64,000 bases of DNA from an uncultured Candidatus Saccharibacteria bacterium (GCA_964425445.1 CAYRLY010000001.1:5537-69536); one strand, 5' to 3'. Positions 10,143 to 19,966 are shown, counted from the stretch's first letter. Notes: generated from the letters alone by a model not told the origin. A program made the numbers and translations.

Positions 10143-11444
10143 ATGTTTTTAAAAGAATTTACTAAAAAATTATTAGAAAATCGCATACTGATAATTTTAA
10201 TTCTCGTGGGATTTTTTGTGCGCTTACTTTTTATGCCTAGTGCAACCTTTATCGATCTCTTGTCATCGACTTGGCGGGAGATGGTTTTTGTCAATGAAGG
10301 TCGAGCGATTGTTTCAAATATGAATGAGTTTATTGTCGCGATCTATATGAAGGCTTTTAGCCCGCTTTTTTTACCTCTCAATCAAATTATTGGGATTTTC
10401 CGCGAAACCGCCGAACCAAATCTTTTCAAAAATGCTTTGCCGACTTATGATGTTTTTGTCACTTTTCCTCACGCTCCGCGAATGCTTTTTTTGTTGAAAA
10501 TTCCTTATATTCTATTTGATCTAGGAGTTTTATACTTGTCACTTCGTTTTTTCTCCGAAGACAAAAAGAAGAAGTTACTCGTGGCGATTTGGGCTTTCGG
10601 CTTACCGCTTATTTTCGCTGCTTACATCTGGGGGCGATTTGAGACACTACCGATATTTTTTGCCTTTTTGGCTTTTTACTTTGCATACAAAAGGCCGAAG
10701 ATTTTTTGGCCAGCAATTTTATCGCTAGCTGTTGCCGTAGTTTTTCGTGGTGCATTTGCCTTTATGTTGCCGGCATTTTTGCTTTATTTCTTCTATCAAA
10801 ATCGCCAGCGCTTTTTGCCCCTAATCTCTTTCGTTTTTAGCTACCTAGTAGTCGGGAAAATATTTCAGTTAATAATTTCTGCATTTCGATCAACTCCTTC
10901 ATTTGCTACAAATTTATCGATTTCACATTTTTCACTTGGTTACATTGACGAATTTATCTTAACCGGGCGAATTGGTATTGGGCCAGGCGAGGTGTCGCTT
11001 TTTATTCTCCTAGTCGCCGCAATGATTTATCTCGCATATTCAGGTAGGAAGAAATTCAATTTTGAGCAGCTAGTCTATTTCTCTTCTTTGTTTATGCTCG
11101 CGTTCTTTCTTTCGTCTCGTGTCCACACACACTATGTTGTTTGGTTGGTGCCGGCACTCTCCCTCGCCAGCGTTTATCGGCCTAAAATAATCATTCCATC
11201 GATTGCAATGATAATATTCTATTATTTTTATTATTTTGTTCTTTTTGAGCCTCAGGTAATGCTCGAGCTTTTTGCACCACTAAATCCACAATTTTTTATG
11301 CACCTGGCGCCGATAAGTTCTCAACAGTTTTTTATGAATCACCGAATTGAAAATATTATCATAGTTGCGCGTTCGCTATTCTCAATTTTGGTTGTTTTTA
11401 TCATGTTTTTATTAATTAGAAAAAATGAGAATAAACTATCTTAG
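10143..11444 (+). CDS. Multi-TM GT-C type glycosyltransferase (GT87-like)
   Basis: LKIPYILFD, WGRFETLP, HTHYVVWLVP; about 11 TM helices. Confidence 0.6.
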   Translation: MFLKEFTKKLLENRILIILILVGFFVRLLFMPSATFIDLLSSTWREMVFVNEGRAIVSNMNEFIVAIYMKAFSPLFLPLNQIIGIFRETAEPNLFKNALPTYDVFVTFPHAPRMLFLLKIPYILFDLGVLYLSLRFFSEDKKKKLLVAIWAFGLPLIFAAYIWGRFETLPIFFAFLAFYFAYKRPKIFWPAILSLAVAVVFRGAFAFMLPAFLLYFFYQNRQRFLPLISFVFSYLVVGKIFQLIISAFRSTPSFATNLSISHFSLGYIDEFILTGRIGIGPGEVSLFILLVAAMIYLAYSGRKKFNFEQLVYFSSLFMLAFFLSSRVHTHYVVWLVPALSLASVYRPKIIIPSIAMIIFYYFYYFVLFEPQVMLELFAPLNPQFFMHLAPISSQQFFMNHRIENIIIVARSLFSILVVFIMFLLIRKNENKLS

Positions 11445-12105
11445 ATTATTAATTATAATTGTCATTTTAGGAGCGGTTTTGCTGATTGTCCGTTTCGGCT
11501 CGCTTGAGCTTGTACTCTCGGAGAACAAAAATTTTATTTACAGTGATTACTATGTAGAGACTCGCAATCAAGAAGTTCTGAATAAAAAAGGGAACACTGT
11601 ATCATTCAAAATTCATTCAGTCCGCAACGGGTTGTCAAAAGTTACACTCTCAACGTTGCGGCCACACTACTTGTTTGAAGATGAAGATTTAAAAATAAAT
11701 CTTTCAATATACTATTTGGATCAGGACGAGGGGAGAGAGCAGAAATACTCAGCTGATTTCCCAGCTTCACGATTGCGCAATTTTACTACTTTCGATTTTC
11801 CAAATCTTGAAGACTCAAAAGATAAAGATATTCTGTTTGAGTTCACTGCCGTAGAGGATGCAGTTGATGAGCGTCATGTTATAGAAATAGTTGTTAATGA
11901 CACTGATCCAGACGAGAGAGTCACTACCGGTCCACGACTTTTTTACAACGTTAAACTCTACGATCTATGGAGTGAATATCTCGGAATAGCCAGCAAAGAT
12001 TTTAAATTTTTTAAATATTACTACTTATTGGTAGGGTTTGTCTCATTAGCAATTATTTTTCTTTTGATTATTGATTATAAAAAGATTGACAAGTCTCGAT
12101 GCTAG
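11425..12105 (+). CDS. Hypothetical protein with N- and C-terminal TM helices
   Basis: 226-aa ORF overlapping the upstream gene. Confidence 0.6.
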   Translation: MRINYLRLLIIIVILGAVLLIVRFGSLELVLSENKNFIYSDYYVETRNQEVLNKKGNTVSFKIHSVRNGLSKVTLSTLRPHYLFEDEDLKINLSIYYLDQDEGREQKYSADFPASRLRNFTTFDFPNLEDSKDKDILFEFTAVEDAVDERHVIEIVVNDTDPDERVTTGPRLFYNVKLYDLWSEYLGIASKDFKFFKYYYLLVGFVSLAIIFLLIIDYKKIDKSRC

Positions 12106-12124
12106 TCTGATACAATTTAATCAC

Positions 12125-12226
12125 ATTATCAAGAGAGACGTTAGGGAATTGGCCCATTGAGCGTCCAGCAACCATCATTCACATAAGAGTGAACGGTGCT
12201 AAGTCCAAGCCGGATGGCAAGATAAT
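12125..12226 (+). promoter_or_regulatory. SAM-I (S-box) riboswitch
   Basis: P1 TTATC..GATAA, ATCAAGAG, GGGAATTGGCCC, CAGCAACC..GGTGCTAA, P4 GCC..GGC; directly upstream of metK. Confidence 0.9.
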
Positions 12227-12230
12227 TATT

Positions 12231-12260
12231 TATCACGCTTTTCTTGGCGTGATATTTTTA
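12231..12260 (+). terminator. Riboswitch expression-platform terminator
   Basis: TATCACGC-TTTTCTTG-GCGTGATA hairpin followed by a T run. Confidence 0.75.
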
Positions 12261-12283
12261 ATAATTAATTTCTAGGAGGACAT

Positions 12284-13450
12284 ATGGAGAAAAGACTGTT
12301 CACCTCTGAATCGGTGACTGAGGGACATCCGGATAAGATGGCTGATCAAATTTCAGACGCCATTGTTGATGCGCTTTTGGAGCGCGACGAAAGAAGTCGA
12401 ATTGCAGTTGAAACGCTGCTTACAAATGGAGTTTGTGTAATTGCTGGTGAAGTTACAACAAGTGCCTATGTTGATATGGCAGAAATCGCCAGAGGGGTTA
12501 TCAAAGATATCGGATATAATGGTTGTGGTTTCCACCATGAAACTTCTGGGGTGATGACAGCAATAAAAGAGCAGTCATCAGATATTGCACAAGGTGTAGA
12601 CAGTTTTAAAAAGAGTGAAAGCGGGAAAATAGTTAAGGAAGATTTGGAACACTTAGGGGCTGGAGATCAGGGTTTAATGTTCGGTTATGCCTGTAACGAA
12701 ACACCGGAGCTGATGCCTCTGCCTATCGTTTTAGCTCATAAATTATGCCAACAATTAACAGAAGTTCGGAAGAAAAATATTGTGAAAGGCTTACGACCGG
12801 ACGGAAAGTCGCAGGTAACTGTCGAATATGTTGATGGTAGGCCAGAGAGGATTGACACCGTTTTAATCGCTGCACAACATGACCCAGATGTAAAAATTGC
12901 GACGATGAAAAAAGAAATTGAGAAAAATGTCATTGTGCCGATATTAAAAGAGCATGGTTATAAAATTGATTCGAAAACCAATGTTTATATAAATACTACT
13001 GGCAAATTTGTCATTGGTGGTCCGGAGGGCGACACAGGACTTACTGGTCGAAAAATAATAGTCGATACATATGGTGGATATGCTCGTCATGGTGGTGGTG
13101 CATTTTCTGGCAAGGACCCATCGAAGGTTGATCGCTCTGGTTCCTACATGGCCCGTTGGGTGGCGAAAAGCATTGTCAAGAGTGGATTAGCCGAAAAATG
13201 CGAAATCCAACTAGCTTATGCAATAGGGCGACCTGAACCATTATCAATTTATGTTGATACTTATGGTACCGGGAAGTTTTCGGAGGAGGAGATAGTAGAA
13301 AAAGTAAAGAAGAACTTTGATCTTCGACCTGGGATGATAATCAAAGAGTTGGGTTTGCGTAAACCGCTTTATCGACAGTGTGCTGCGTATGGACATTTTG
13401 GTAGAGATGATCTGAAACTTCCTTGGGAAAAAGCGAAGAAGATTAAATAA
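12284..13450 (+). CDS. metK: S-adenosylmethionine synthetase
   Basis: [35 protein letters not shown]; SD AGGAGG. Confidence 0.98.
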   Translation: MEKRLFTSESVTEGHPDKMADQISDAIVDALLERDERSRIAVETLLTNGVCVIAGEVTTSAYVDMAEIARGVIKDIGYNGCGFHHETSGVMTAIKEQSSDIAQGVDSFKKSESGKIVKEDLEHLGAGDQGLMFGYACNETPELMPLPIVLAHKLCQQLTEVRKKNIVKGLRPDGKSQVTVEYVDGRPERIDTVLIAAQHDPDVKIATMKKEIEKNVIVPILKEHGYKIDSKTNVYINTTGKFVIGGPEGDTGLTGRKIIVDTYGGYARHGGGAFSGKDPSKVDRSGSYMARWVAKSIVKSGLAEKCEIQLAYAIGRPEPLSIYVDTYGTGKFSEEEIVEKVKKNFDLRPGMIIKELGLRKPLYRQCAAYGHFGRDDLKLPWEKAKKIK

Positions 13451-13459
13451 TAATCACGG

Positions 13460-13490
13460 AAAAAGCCAACAGAACACTGTTGGCTTTTTT
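13460..13490 (+). terminator. Intrinsic terminator, likely bidirectional
   Basis: AAAAAGCCAACAG-AACA-CTGTTGGCTTTTTT. Confidence 0.85.
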
Positions 13491-13565
13491 GATTGACAAT
13501 TTAAAAAAAATAACATACGATAATATACGATGTTCCGAGATTACCAACAAGGAGACTGATAACTG

Positions 13566-14675
13566 ATGCCTAGAGTGCAAATAGTACAGCCTATGATGAC
13601 ACCGACCTTCTTGGGTTGGGCGGCACTTCGGGGTATCGATTGGGGGAAGTGGAGCGATGTCAAGAAGTTCTTGGAGCTGATTGGCTACGGCATGGTCTGT
13701 AACCTGTCGATGGTTCTCTCACCGTGGGGATCCGGAGGCAGGATGAAGGGAGTGGAAGTCGCAGCCCGAGTAATGCCTATGGCTAGGCAGCAGGGCCGAG
13801 TCATCGTCAACGCTGGTAGTGATCCGTCCTACGATGCCCTTGTGAGTGCAGCCGACCTAGCTGGTGGCCAATTCAATGTCAAAGAGCTGGTACTCTGCAT
13901 TCTCTCAATGTTGGATCTTGATCCACTTCGAGAGAACGATCTACACATCGATCTTATCTCGCCTGCACTGCCGGGTGCCTCGCTTGGTACATCTGCCAGT
14001 GTACTAGTCGCAATCTTGAGCGCCTTCCTTGGCGACAGTTACACGGCGGACGAGATTTGGCTGATGGCCTTGCGGGCTGAGTACGAGATTGCTCGCCGTA
14101 ATACTGGCAACCAAGATCATATCGCCGCTATTATGGGAGCCAGAGAAGAAATAAAGACTCCAGCCAGACTAATCACCATCAACGATCTCTTCGATGTGGA
14201 GATCGAACACTTGGTGGTAGGCCCCATGATCTCTGCCGTCCTGCCAAATACTCTGGTGTCGGTCATCGGGGCCCATGACAGCTCCGATACTCACCAGAGG
14301 CTACAGGACGAGCTCGAGGGCGATCCGGAAATGGCGCGGGACAAACTCTGCGCAATGCGCAACACCGCCGTCATGGCCGCCAACGCTTTTCGTAGCGATT
14401 CACCAGATCAGCTATTTGCCTCGATTGACGCTTTGCTGGCTGCTCAGCAGTCTTTGAGTACTGGCCTGATAGGACCGTTCCACTGGAAGATAATTCAGGA
14501 CGCCAGGGCATACGGAGGCTATTCCGGTGTGCCTGGTGCCGGTGGCGACGGGGGGTCAGTGATCACTGTTTTTCAGGAAGCTGACTCCATGAGATGTTTC
14601 GCAGAGTCGATTCAGCTGGCTTTGCCGGACATCCGCCTTTTCCAGGCCGGCTACCCCGGCATCAACTTCGTGTAG
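13566..14675 (+). CDS. GHMP-family sugar kinase-like protein (GC-rich solitary gene)
   Basis: LPGASLGTSAS, TGNQDHIAA, PGAGGDGG motifs; TTGACA at 13493, SD AAGGAG. Confidence 0.7.
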   Translation: MPRVQIVQPMMTPTFLGWAALRGIDWGKWSDVKKFLELIGYGMVCNLSMVLSPWGSGGRMKGVEVAARVMPMARQQGRVIVNAGSDPSYDALVSAADLAGGQFNVKELVLCILSMLDLDPLRENDLHIDLISPALPGASLGTSASVLVAILSAFLGDSYTADEIWLMALRAEYEIARRNTGNQDHIAAIMGAREEIKTPARLITINDLFDVEIEHLVVGPMISAVLPNTLVSVIGAHDSSDTHQRLQDELEGDPEMARDKLCAMRNTAVMAANAFRSDSPDQLFASIDALLAAQQSLSTGLIGPFHWKIIQDARAYGGYSGVPGAGGDGGSVITVFQEADSMRCFAESIQLALPDIRLFQAGYPGINFV

Positions 14676-14701
14676 TGACCCGTTGGTCACTGCCTCTCTT
14701 T

Positions 14702-14733
14702 TGTCCCGACACCATGTCGGGACACTTTTTTTT
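14702..14733 (+). terminator. Intrinsic terminator
   Basis: TGTCCCGACA-CCA-TGTCGGGACA followed by a T run. Confidence 0.85.
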
Positions 14734-14764
14734 ACCCTGTAAATTTGCTAGTATCGAGGGAGTG

Positions 14765-16927
14765 ATGAAGGAATTTTCTATAAAAAGTTGGTTTAGAAAA
14801 TACTGGCCGCTTGTCGGCTATTTTTTGATTTCGATAATATTCCTCTATCCGGTTCTGATTCAAAGGGGAGTACCGTTTAAATATGATTGGCTTTGGCCCC
14901 TTTTTGATATGAATGAATATTGGCGGGTGATCGCCGACAAGAGTAGCTTTGGTCTGGTTTCATCACTTGGGAAATATGCCAATTCTTTCTTCGGCCTCTT
15001 TGGTTGGTTGCATATTTCGCCAAATATTGCCCTTAAAATATTTTTACTCCTGATCCATACTGCCTCTGGTTACGGTTTTTATCTCCTGGTTTCTAGAAGG
15101 ATCAAATCAGCCGCCGCTGCATTTATCGCCGGTATCGCCTACGCTTTTTCGCCCTATATATTTATTCGAACGATCGTCGGATTTATATATTCATTGATCG
15201 CTTATGCCTCATTGCCGTTTTTCTTAAATATCTTTATAAACCATAAGAAGAAAAAAATCCTTGATTTTCTGCTGATGGGTTTACTTTTTTCTTTGGTAGC
15301 TTCACAGATTCAGGCGGGGATACTTCTGGTGTTTCTGGTGATCGTCATCAGCTTCTCCGAGAGAAAGAAGATTGTATTTCGATTAAAAGAGCTTGTCCTA
15401 TTGTTAGCTTCTGTCTTGATCGTCGCTTTGCCTTGGATTATTTACCTTCTGTTTATCGGTGGCAATGTGCAACCCATTGATGGTGGGCAGGTGACGACGC
15501 TAAATTATATCGCCAATTTGCCTCATAGTTTGCGTAATGTATTGTTTTTCTCTGATCACATAATTACCAGGGATTACTTTTATTCATTTGCCAGAGAGCC
15601 GATAGTAATCATCGGTTTTGTTCTTTTTTATCTGGTTGCTCTATTTTCACTCTTCGATAAAAAGAACCGATCCCTCGTGCTCTCCCTGATAATTTCGACC
15701 TTGATAATAATTCCATTTTCTATCGGGCCGACCAAAATTTTCACCGGTTTTTACACCTTCGTCTTCAATCATCTTTCGCAGCTGGCTGTCTTTCGCGAAA
15801 CCTATCATTTCCAGTTTCTGCTCTCGTTTAACTTTATCGCCTTATTTGCCTTTGGCCTTTCGTATATTTTCAAAAATTTAAGCAACAAAAGACCCTTCTT
15901 CTGGCTGATAAAAGTAATTGCTGCCTCATCAATAATAATTGTGATTGCACCTTATTTGGGTCTTGATTATGCCGGCTATTTTCGCCTTCAAGAGATTCCA
16001 GATGAATACCATCAAGCAGATGAGTTTTTTCAAGAAAACGCCGACTATTGTAAAAAAGCTTATTACCCACCAAACTTGGGATTTGTCCGATTCGCTTCTG
16101 ACCCGACAGCAGAAACTAGTGCCTCAAACTCGGATATTATTGCTTGGGATTTTGGCTTGCCTCGAGTAACCGATGCCGCCTCAGTTTTGTCGATCGCCGG
16201 TGATGAAATGTATCAGCGCAATCATCTGACGTCACAATTTTTGGAATTTTCTGACAATGGTGAATTTGCCGCTCTGGCCAAGGAGCAGGGAGTTGACTGC
16301 GTCATCATCCGTGATGATCTTACTAGCTTATATTTTTTGGCGAATAATGTCTGGCGTGATCCGTCATTTGATGTTCGCTTGAAGTGGATGAATCAAGATA
16401 TGTTGTCATTGGCCGAAAGTAAGATCGGTCTTCGTCTTGATAAAAAATTCGGGGGCAAAATTTACCTTTATAAAGTTGAGTCAGATAAGAAATATGAGGC
16501 AAGTAGGTTGATCGATCAAGTTCCCGATGGCATAAAATTGCCAATTACTGATTGGGCGAATAATTATGATTGGTATACCGAGGGTTGGGCGAGGGGACGG
16601 TACAATTTTTGGCGCAAACACCTTTTTGCTCAACTTGCACAGGATTTTATTTATACAAACAAATCCGACTCCGAAGTTAGCGGAAAGATCGCCGAGAGCG
16701 GCTCCTATGACCTGGTAATTAGATATTTGGATGGAGGAGAGGAGGGGAAATTCGAAATCCGAATATCGAAATTCGAAACAATTATCGAGAAAAAATCGGG
16801 GGAAGAAAGACTTGTCGTCAAAAATCTTGGAGCGATTGATATCAAGAAAGGCGATACAATCACAATTAAAAATACATCTGGCGAGAACGCTATCGCCGAT
16901 CTGTTGTTGGTCGGGAGTAAGGAGTAA
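14765..16927 (+). CDS. Large GT-C-like membrane protein
   Basis: AAFIAGIAYAFSPY and FRETYHF motifs, many TM helices. Start ATG 14765 after GAGGGAG; the ORF-track extension to 14594 crosses a terminator. Confidence 0.65.
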   Translation: MKEFSIKSWFRKYWPLVGYFLISIIFLYPVLIQRGVPFKYDWLWPLFDMNEYWRVIADKSSFGLVSSLGKYANSFFGLFGWLHISPNIALKIFLLLIHTASGYGFYLLVSRRIKSAAAAFIAGIAYAFSPYIFIRTIVGFIYSLIAYASLPFFLNIFINHKKKKILDFLLMGLLFSLVASQIQAGILLVFLVIVISFSERKKIVFRLKELVLLLASVLIVALPWIIYLLFIGGNVQPIDGGQVTTLNYIANLPHSLRNVLFFSDHIITRDYFYSFAREPIVIIGFVLFYLVALFSLFDKKNRSLVLSLIISTLIIIPFSIGPTKIFTGFYTFVFNHLSQLAVFRETYHFQFLLSFNFIALFAFGLSYIFKNLSNKRPFFWLIKVIAASSIIIVIAPYLGLDYAGYFRLQEIPDEYHQADEFFQENADYCKKAYYPPNLGFVRFASDPTAETSASNSDIIAWDFGLPRVTDAASVLSIAGDEMYQRNHLTSQFLEFSDNGEFAALAKEQGVDCVIIRDDLTSLYFLANNVWRDPSFDVRLKWMNQDMLSLAESKIGLRLDKKFGGKIYLYKVESDKKYEASRLIDQVPDGIKLPITDWANNYDWYTEGWARGRYNFWRKHLFAQLAQDFIYTNKSDSEVSGKIAESGSYDLVIRYLDGGEEGKFEIRISKFETIIEKKSGEERLVVKNLGAIDIKKGDTITIKNTSGENAIADLLLVGSKE
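16748..16781 (+). repeat. Heptamer tract, AAATYCG type, in frame in a membrane protein
   Basis: AAATTCG AAATCCG AATATCG AAATTCG. Confidence 0.8.
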
Positions 16928-16945
16928 GGAGTAGGGAGTGGGTGG

Positions 16946-18193
16946 TTAGACTCTAGTTCTTTTTCTCCGTCGAATGAGGATTATGAGGACTGCAAGGAGC
17001 GCAAGAGCAAGCACTCCGGCAGCGATGGTTATTATCAGATTATAATTTTTACTATCTTTAACCGCTTCAGCAACGCTTTTTGGTGGGTTTATATCATCCT
17101 CAGTCAAAATATTTATCGATCCACCTTTGGCTTGTGAGATTTCGAAGATAATCTCATCACTAACGGGTGTCAATACCTTCTCTTTCTGCCCTTGGACACT
17201 GAGTTTATAATGGCCGGCGGGTATAAAATAATCCATCTCGAGAGTGAAATTGCCATCCTCGTCAGACTCAATCTCAAGTTTTTTACCCTCTGGGAGTGCT
17301 GGCGTTGGGGTTAGAGTGATTTTAGCTAAATAATTTGGCTCGATGATTCCGGAGATCTTCAGCCCAGAGACGGTGCCATCATCAATCTTGTTTATAAAAT
17401 TTTCCATCTTCTCGATCTTGATCGATCTTGGTTTACTTAGATTCTCATCTACTTTCGGATCAGGCTCTTTGATATTTATCTGAAAATGGGTTGTAGAGCC
17501 CCAACCGTCAGCATTTTGCGCTCGAATATGAAAATAATGAGTCCCAACCGGTTGATTGTCATAGCTTGCAGAGGTGTTGGCTGATGTCGATTTTGCCGGC
17601 GGGGTTGTCGTTGCGTTTTGATCGAGAAGATAAGAAAATGCGGTGACACCAGATGCTTTCGTCCATGAAAGGTCAATTTTGGTTGCTTCGTAGGATTCTG
17701 CTGGATTTGGATGAGATGATGAAGTCACATTTATTGCTCCCGGAGGCGTTGGTGCTCGGGTAATTGAATAGGAAGCGCTTCCTGCACCGGTACCAACTTC
17801 GGCACCGTCATTCGCCATCCGCACAGAGGATACTGTCACCGCTCCGCTACCGACTCCGGTCGCTTTTAGTCTTATTGTCGCCACCCTCATCGAAGAGACT
17901 GCCGGCACCAGCATCCCCTTGAAGTGGCCCCCGTTAGCTGGGATTGAAATCCAAGTTGCTCCGCCAGCGGCGAAAGAAACAATCGATACCGGCCCAGAGA
18001 CCGATATTGTTCCCTCGATGGCATTAAAAGTTGCCCCCGAAGCATCAACAGTGACAGTAAATGTCTGACCGACGGTCACGTTTCCGCCACCAGAAGCATA
18101 AATACCGGCTGCTGCTGCGTTCATTGGCAATATTAGAAAATAAAATACACTCGAAACAGTCAGCATTGTCGAAATCAGTCTTTTCATCAGCAT
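16946..18193 (-). CDS. Secreted, C-terminally anchored protein with a cohesin-like N-terminal beta domain and Ig/FN3-like domains
   Basis: Signal peptide; VTVGQTFTVTV..NAIEGTIS..VATIRLKATGVGSGAVTV; GTHYFHIRAQN; C-terminal TM plus RRRKR. Confidence 0.65.
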   Translation of the reverse strand: MLMKRLISTMLTVSSVFYFLILPMNAAAAGIYASGGGNVTVGQTFTVTVDASGATFNAIEGTISVSGPVSIVSFAAGGATWISIPANGGHFKGMLVPAVSSMRVATIRLKATGVGSGAVTVSSVRMANDGAEVGTGAGSASYSITRAPTPPGAINVTSSSHPNPAESYEATKIDLSWTKASGVTAFSYLLDQNATTTPPAKSTSANTSASYDNQPVGTHYFHIRAQNADGWGSTTHFQINIKEPDPKVDENLSKPRSIKIEKMENFINKIDDGTVSGLKISGIIEPNYLAKITLTPTPALPEGKKLEIESDEDGNFTLEMDYFIPAGHYKLSVQGQKEKVLTPVSDEIIFEISQAKGGSINILTEDDINPPKSVAEAVKDSKNYNLIITIAAGVLALALLAVLIILIRRRKRTRV

Positions 18194-18223
18194 GAAATTA
18201 TCCTCCCAAAATTATTTTTTATT

Positions 18224-19204
18224 TTAGCTTCCCCAAGCTCCAGCTAATATCGACAGATCAAGAAGGTCGACAGTACCATCAGAATTTAGATCAGCATCGG
18301 CGTTATTGCCACCCCAGTGAGTTGCAATCAAGGAGAGATCTAGTAGGTCGACATTCCCATCACGGTTTGCATCGCCAGTTTTTCTTTCTGCTGGTGGCGG
18401 TGTATCAGAGACCAAAACTGGATATGGGACAGAAATATATTCAGGTATGGTATAAGCTTTCATCCAGCTTCCCTTGGTGTTTAAGAAACTCTCAATTTCC
18501 GCTGCGCTTAATGGGTTAGCATTTCGGAAATTATTGTCAGAAATAATGTTTGTTGACGAATAATCCCCACCGTTTGGTGTCCCACCCCACCAGGATATCC
18601 AGTTGGTGTAGAAAGATGACCCGGTATTATAAGAAGAATAATGGGGGGTGTATTTATAAAGTGCACAAGATCCGGCGTTGGCAGTAGCAATTGTTCCGCC
18701 ATCAACAGAAACGGAGTTATTTCCTTCGCAATAGGTTCCATTTGCTGGGTTGCCATCGCCAGCAAGGTTTCGAAGCTGGGCGGTTGCGTAGGCGATCTGC
18801 TGACCGACGCCGCCATAATTTTCGGCGCGGTATGAGTAATCCGGCTTGTTGTATTTAGTATCAGTACAGTCTGTGCCCAAGAGCAAACAATTCGCCATTC
18901 TTTCATCGTAGTTGTAGAAAAGAGGCCAAGCCCTGGTGGTGTCTGAAGACGGTTCGGATCTAGTAATTGCTGAGCTCTCTTTTTGCAGCATAATCAAGAT
19001 AAGCCTGGGATTTATGTCGTGTTGTGCTGACTCGTCATAGATCAATTGTGCAACAGTCTTATTAAAAAAGGTATCAATATAGGCTTGTCTGGCGTTAACG
19101 TAACGAAGCTCGACATGGTCAGCTAGCACTTTTATCGGCGCAATCAAAAACACGACCAGCAAAATTGCTACAATTAGACTGTAATTTTTTGTTTTTGCCC
19201 TCAT
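18224..19204 (-). CDS. Secreted lysozyme-like protein with C-terminal type I dockerin
   Basis: Signal peptide; INPRLILIMLQKESS; duplicated GDANRDGNVDLLDLS / ADLNSDGTVDLLDLS loops. Confidence 0.7.
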   Translation of the reverse strand: MRAKTKNYSLIVAILLVVFLIAPIKVLADHVELRYVNARQAYIDTFFNKTVAQLIYDESAQHDINPRLILIMLQKESSAITRSEPSSDTTRAWPLFYNYDERMANCLLLGTDCTDTKYNKPDYSYRAENYGGVGQQIAYATAQLRNLAGDGNPANGTYCEGNNSVSVDGGTIATANAGSCALYKYTPHYSSYNTGSSFYTNWISWWGGTPNGGDYSSTNIISDNNFRNANPLSAAEIESFLNTKGSWMKAYTIPEYISVPYPVLVSDTPPPAERKTGDANRDGNVDLLDLSLIATHWGGNNADADLNSDGTVDLLDLSILAGAWGS

Positions 19205-19205
19205 T

Positions 19206-19700
19206 TTACCCTCTCGTTGCCTCCTGATCTTCTGGAAAGAAATATTCTTTTTCTAGAGTATCAAGTTTGGAGTTTAATATTTCACTATCTGGATTGGCTG
19301 TGATCCCAGCCTCCAGAGTTTTTTTCGCTTCTTCTAGTTGACTTAATAATATCTCCGCTTCTGACTTGAGCGAATAGTAGCTACTGTTATTCGGATTCGC
19401 GGCAATTGCTTGATTCAGCTTGTTTATCGCTTCTTGATAATTTTTGTTTTCAAAATCTTCTACCGCAGAAACATAAAGGACTTGATCAGGGGACAGCCCA
19501 TCATCCTCGTCTTGATCTGACTGGTTCACGACATCTTCCTGGATCGGCGATTCCTCTGCTGGGGTATCTTCGCTATCTTTGGCGCCAGTTTCCGTTTTCT
19601 GTTCTTTTCCAATCAAGTAAAGCCCAGCGACAATGAAAATCACTGTAATCACCAAGAGGGTGATGAAATAATAAAGGGTTCGGAAGTTTTTCCCGTTCAT
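19206..19700 (-). CDS. Membrane-anchored TPR protein
   Basis: N-terminal TM, acidic linker, YQEAINKLNQAIAANPNN TPR-like repeats. Confidence 0.75.
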   Translation of the reverse strand: MNGKNFRTLYYFITLLVITVIFIVAGLYLIGKEQKTETGAKDSEDTPAEESPIQEDVVNQSDQDEDDGLSPDQVLYVSAVEDFENKNYQEAINKLNQAIAANPNNSSYYSLKSEAEILLSQLEEAKKTLEAGITANPDSEILNSKLDTLEKEYFFPEDQEATRG

Positions 19701-19832
19701 ATTTACCTCAAAAAGTATTATATCATATTAAAATTCTACTTTGAATCTATGACAGAACACTCTATTTAAAAAAATATCAGCTCTGGTAAACGAAAAAATC
19801 TATACCGACAGCATACATTTAGTTTTTTTCTA

Positions 19833-19862
19833 TTGACACAGCATAGATTTATGGTATATAAT
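19833..19862 (+). promoter_or_regulatory. Sigma70-type promoter
   Basis: TTGACA 19833-19838, 18-bp spacer, TATAAT 19857-19862. Confidence 0.6.
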
Positions 19863-19943
19863 AAGGTCAACATTAACAACTTAATATGACTTTGATCGCG
19901 GAGGGGCGATAAGTGTTTCTGTTAGTTGTGTCGTATTGTGCAG

Positions 19944-19966
19944 CTCCTCTTGCGAGGAGTTTTTTT
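19944..19966 (+). terminator. Terminator-like hairpin
   Basis: CTCCTC-TTGC-GAGGAG followed by T7. Confidence 0.6.

Noticed and set aside
14594-14764. N-terminal extension of the 777-aa ORF
   Set aside because: It overlaps the kinase gene end and crosses its terminator; ATG 14765 with an SD is more plausible.
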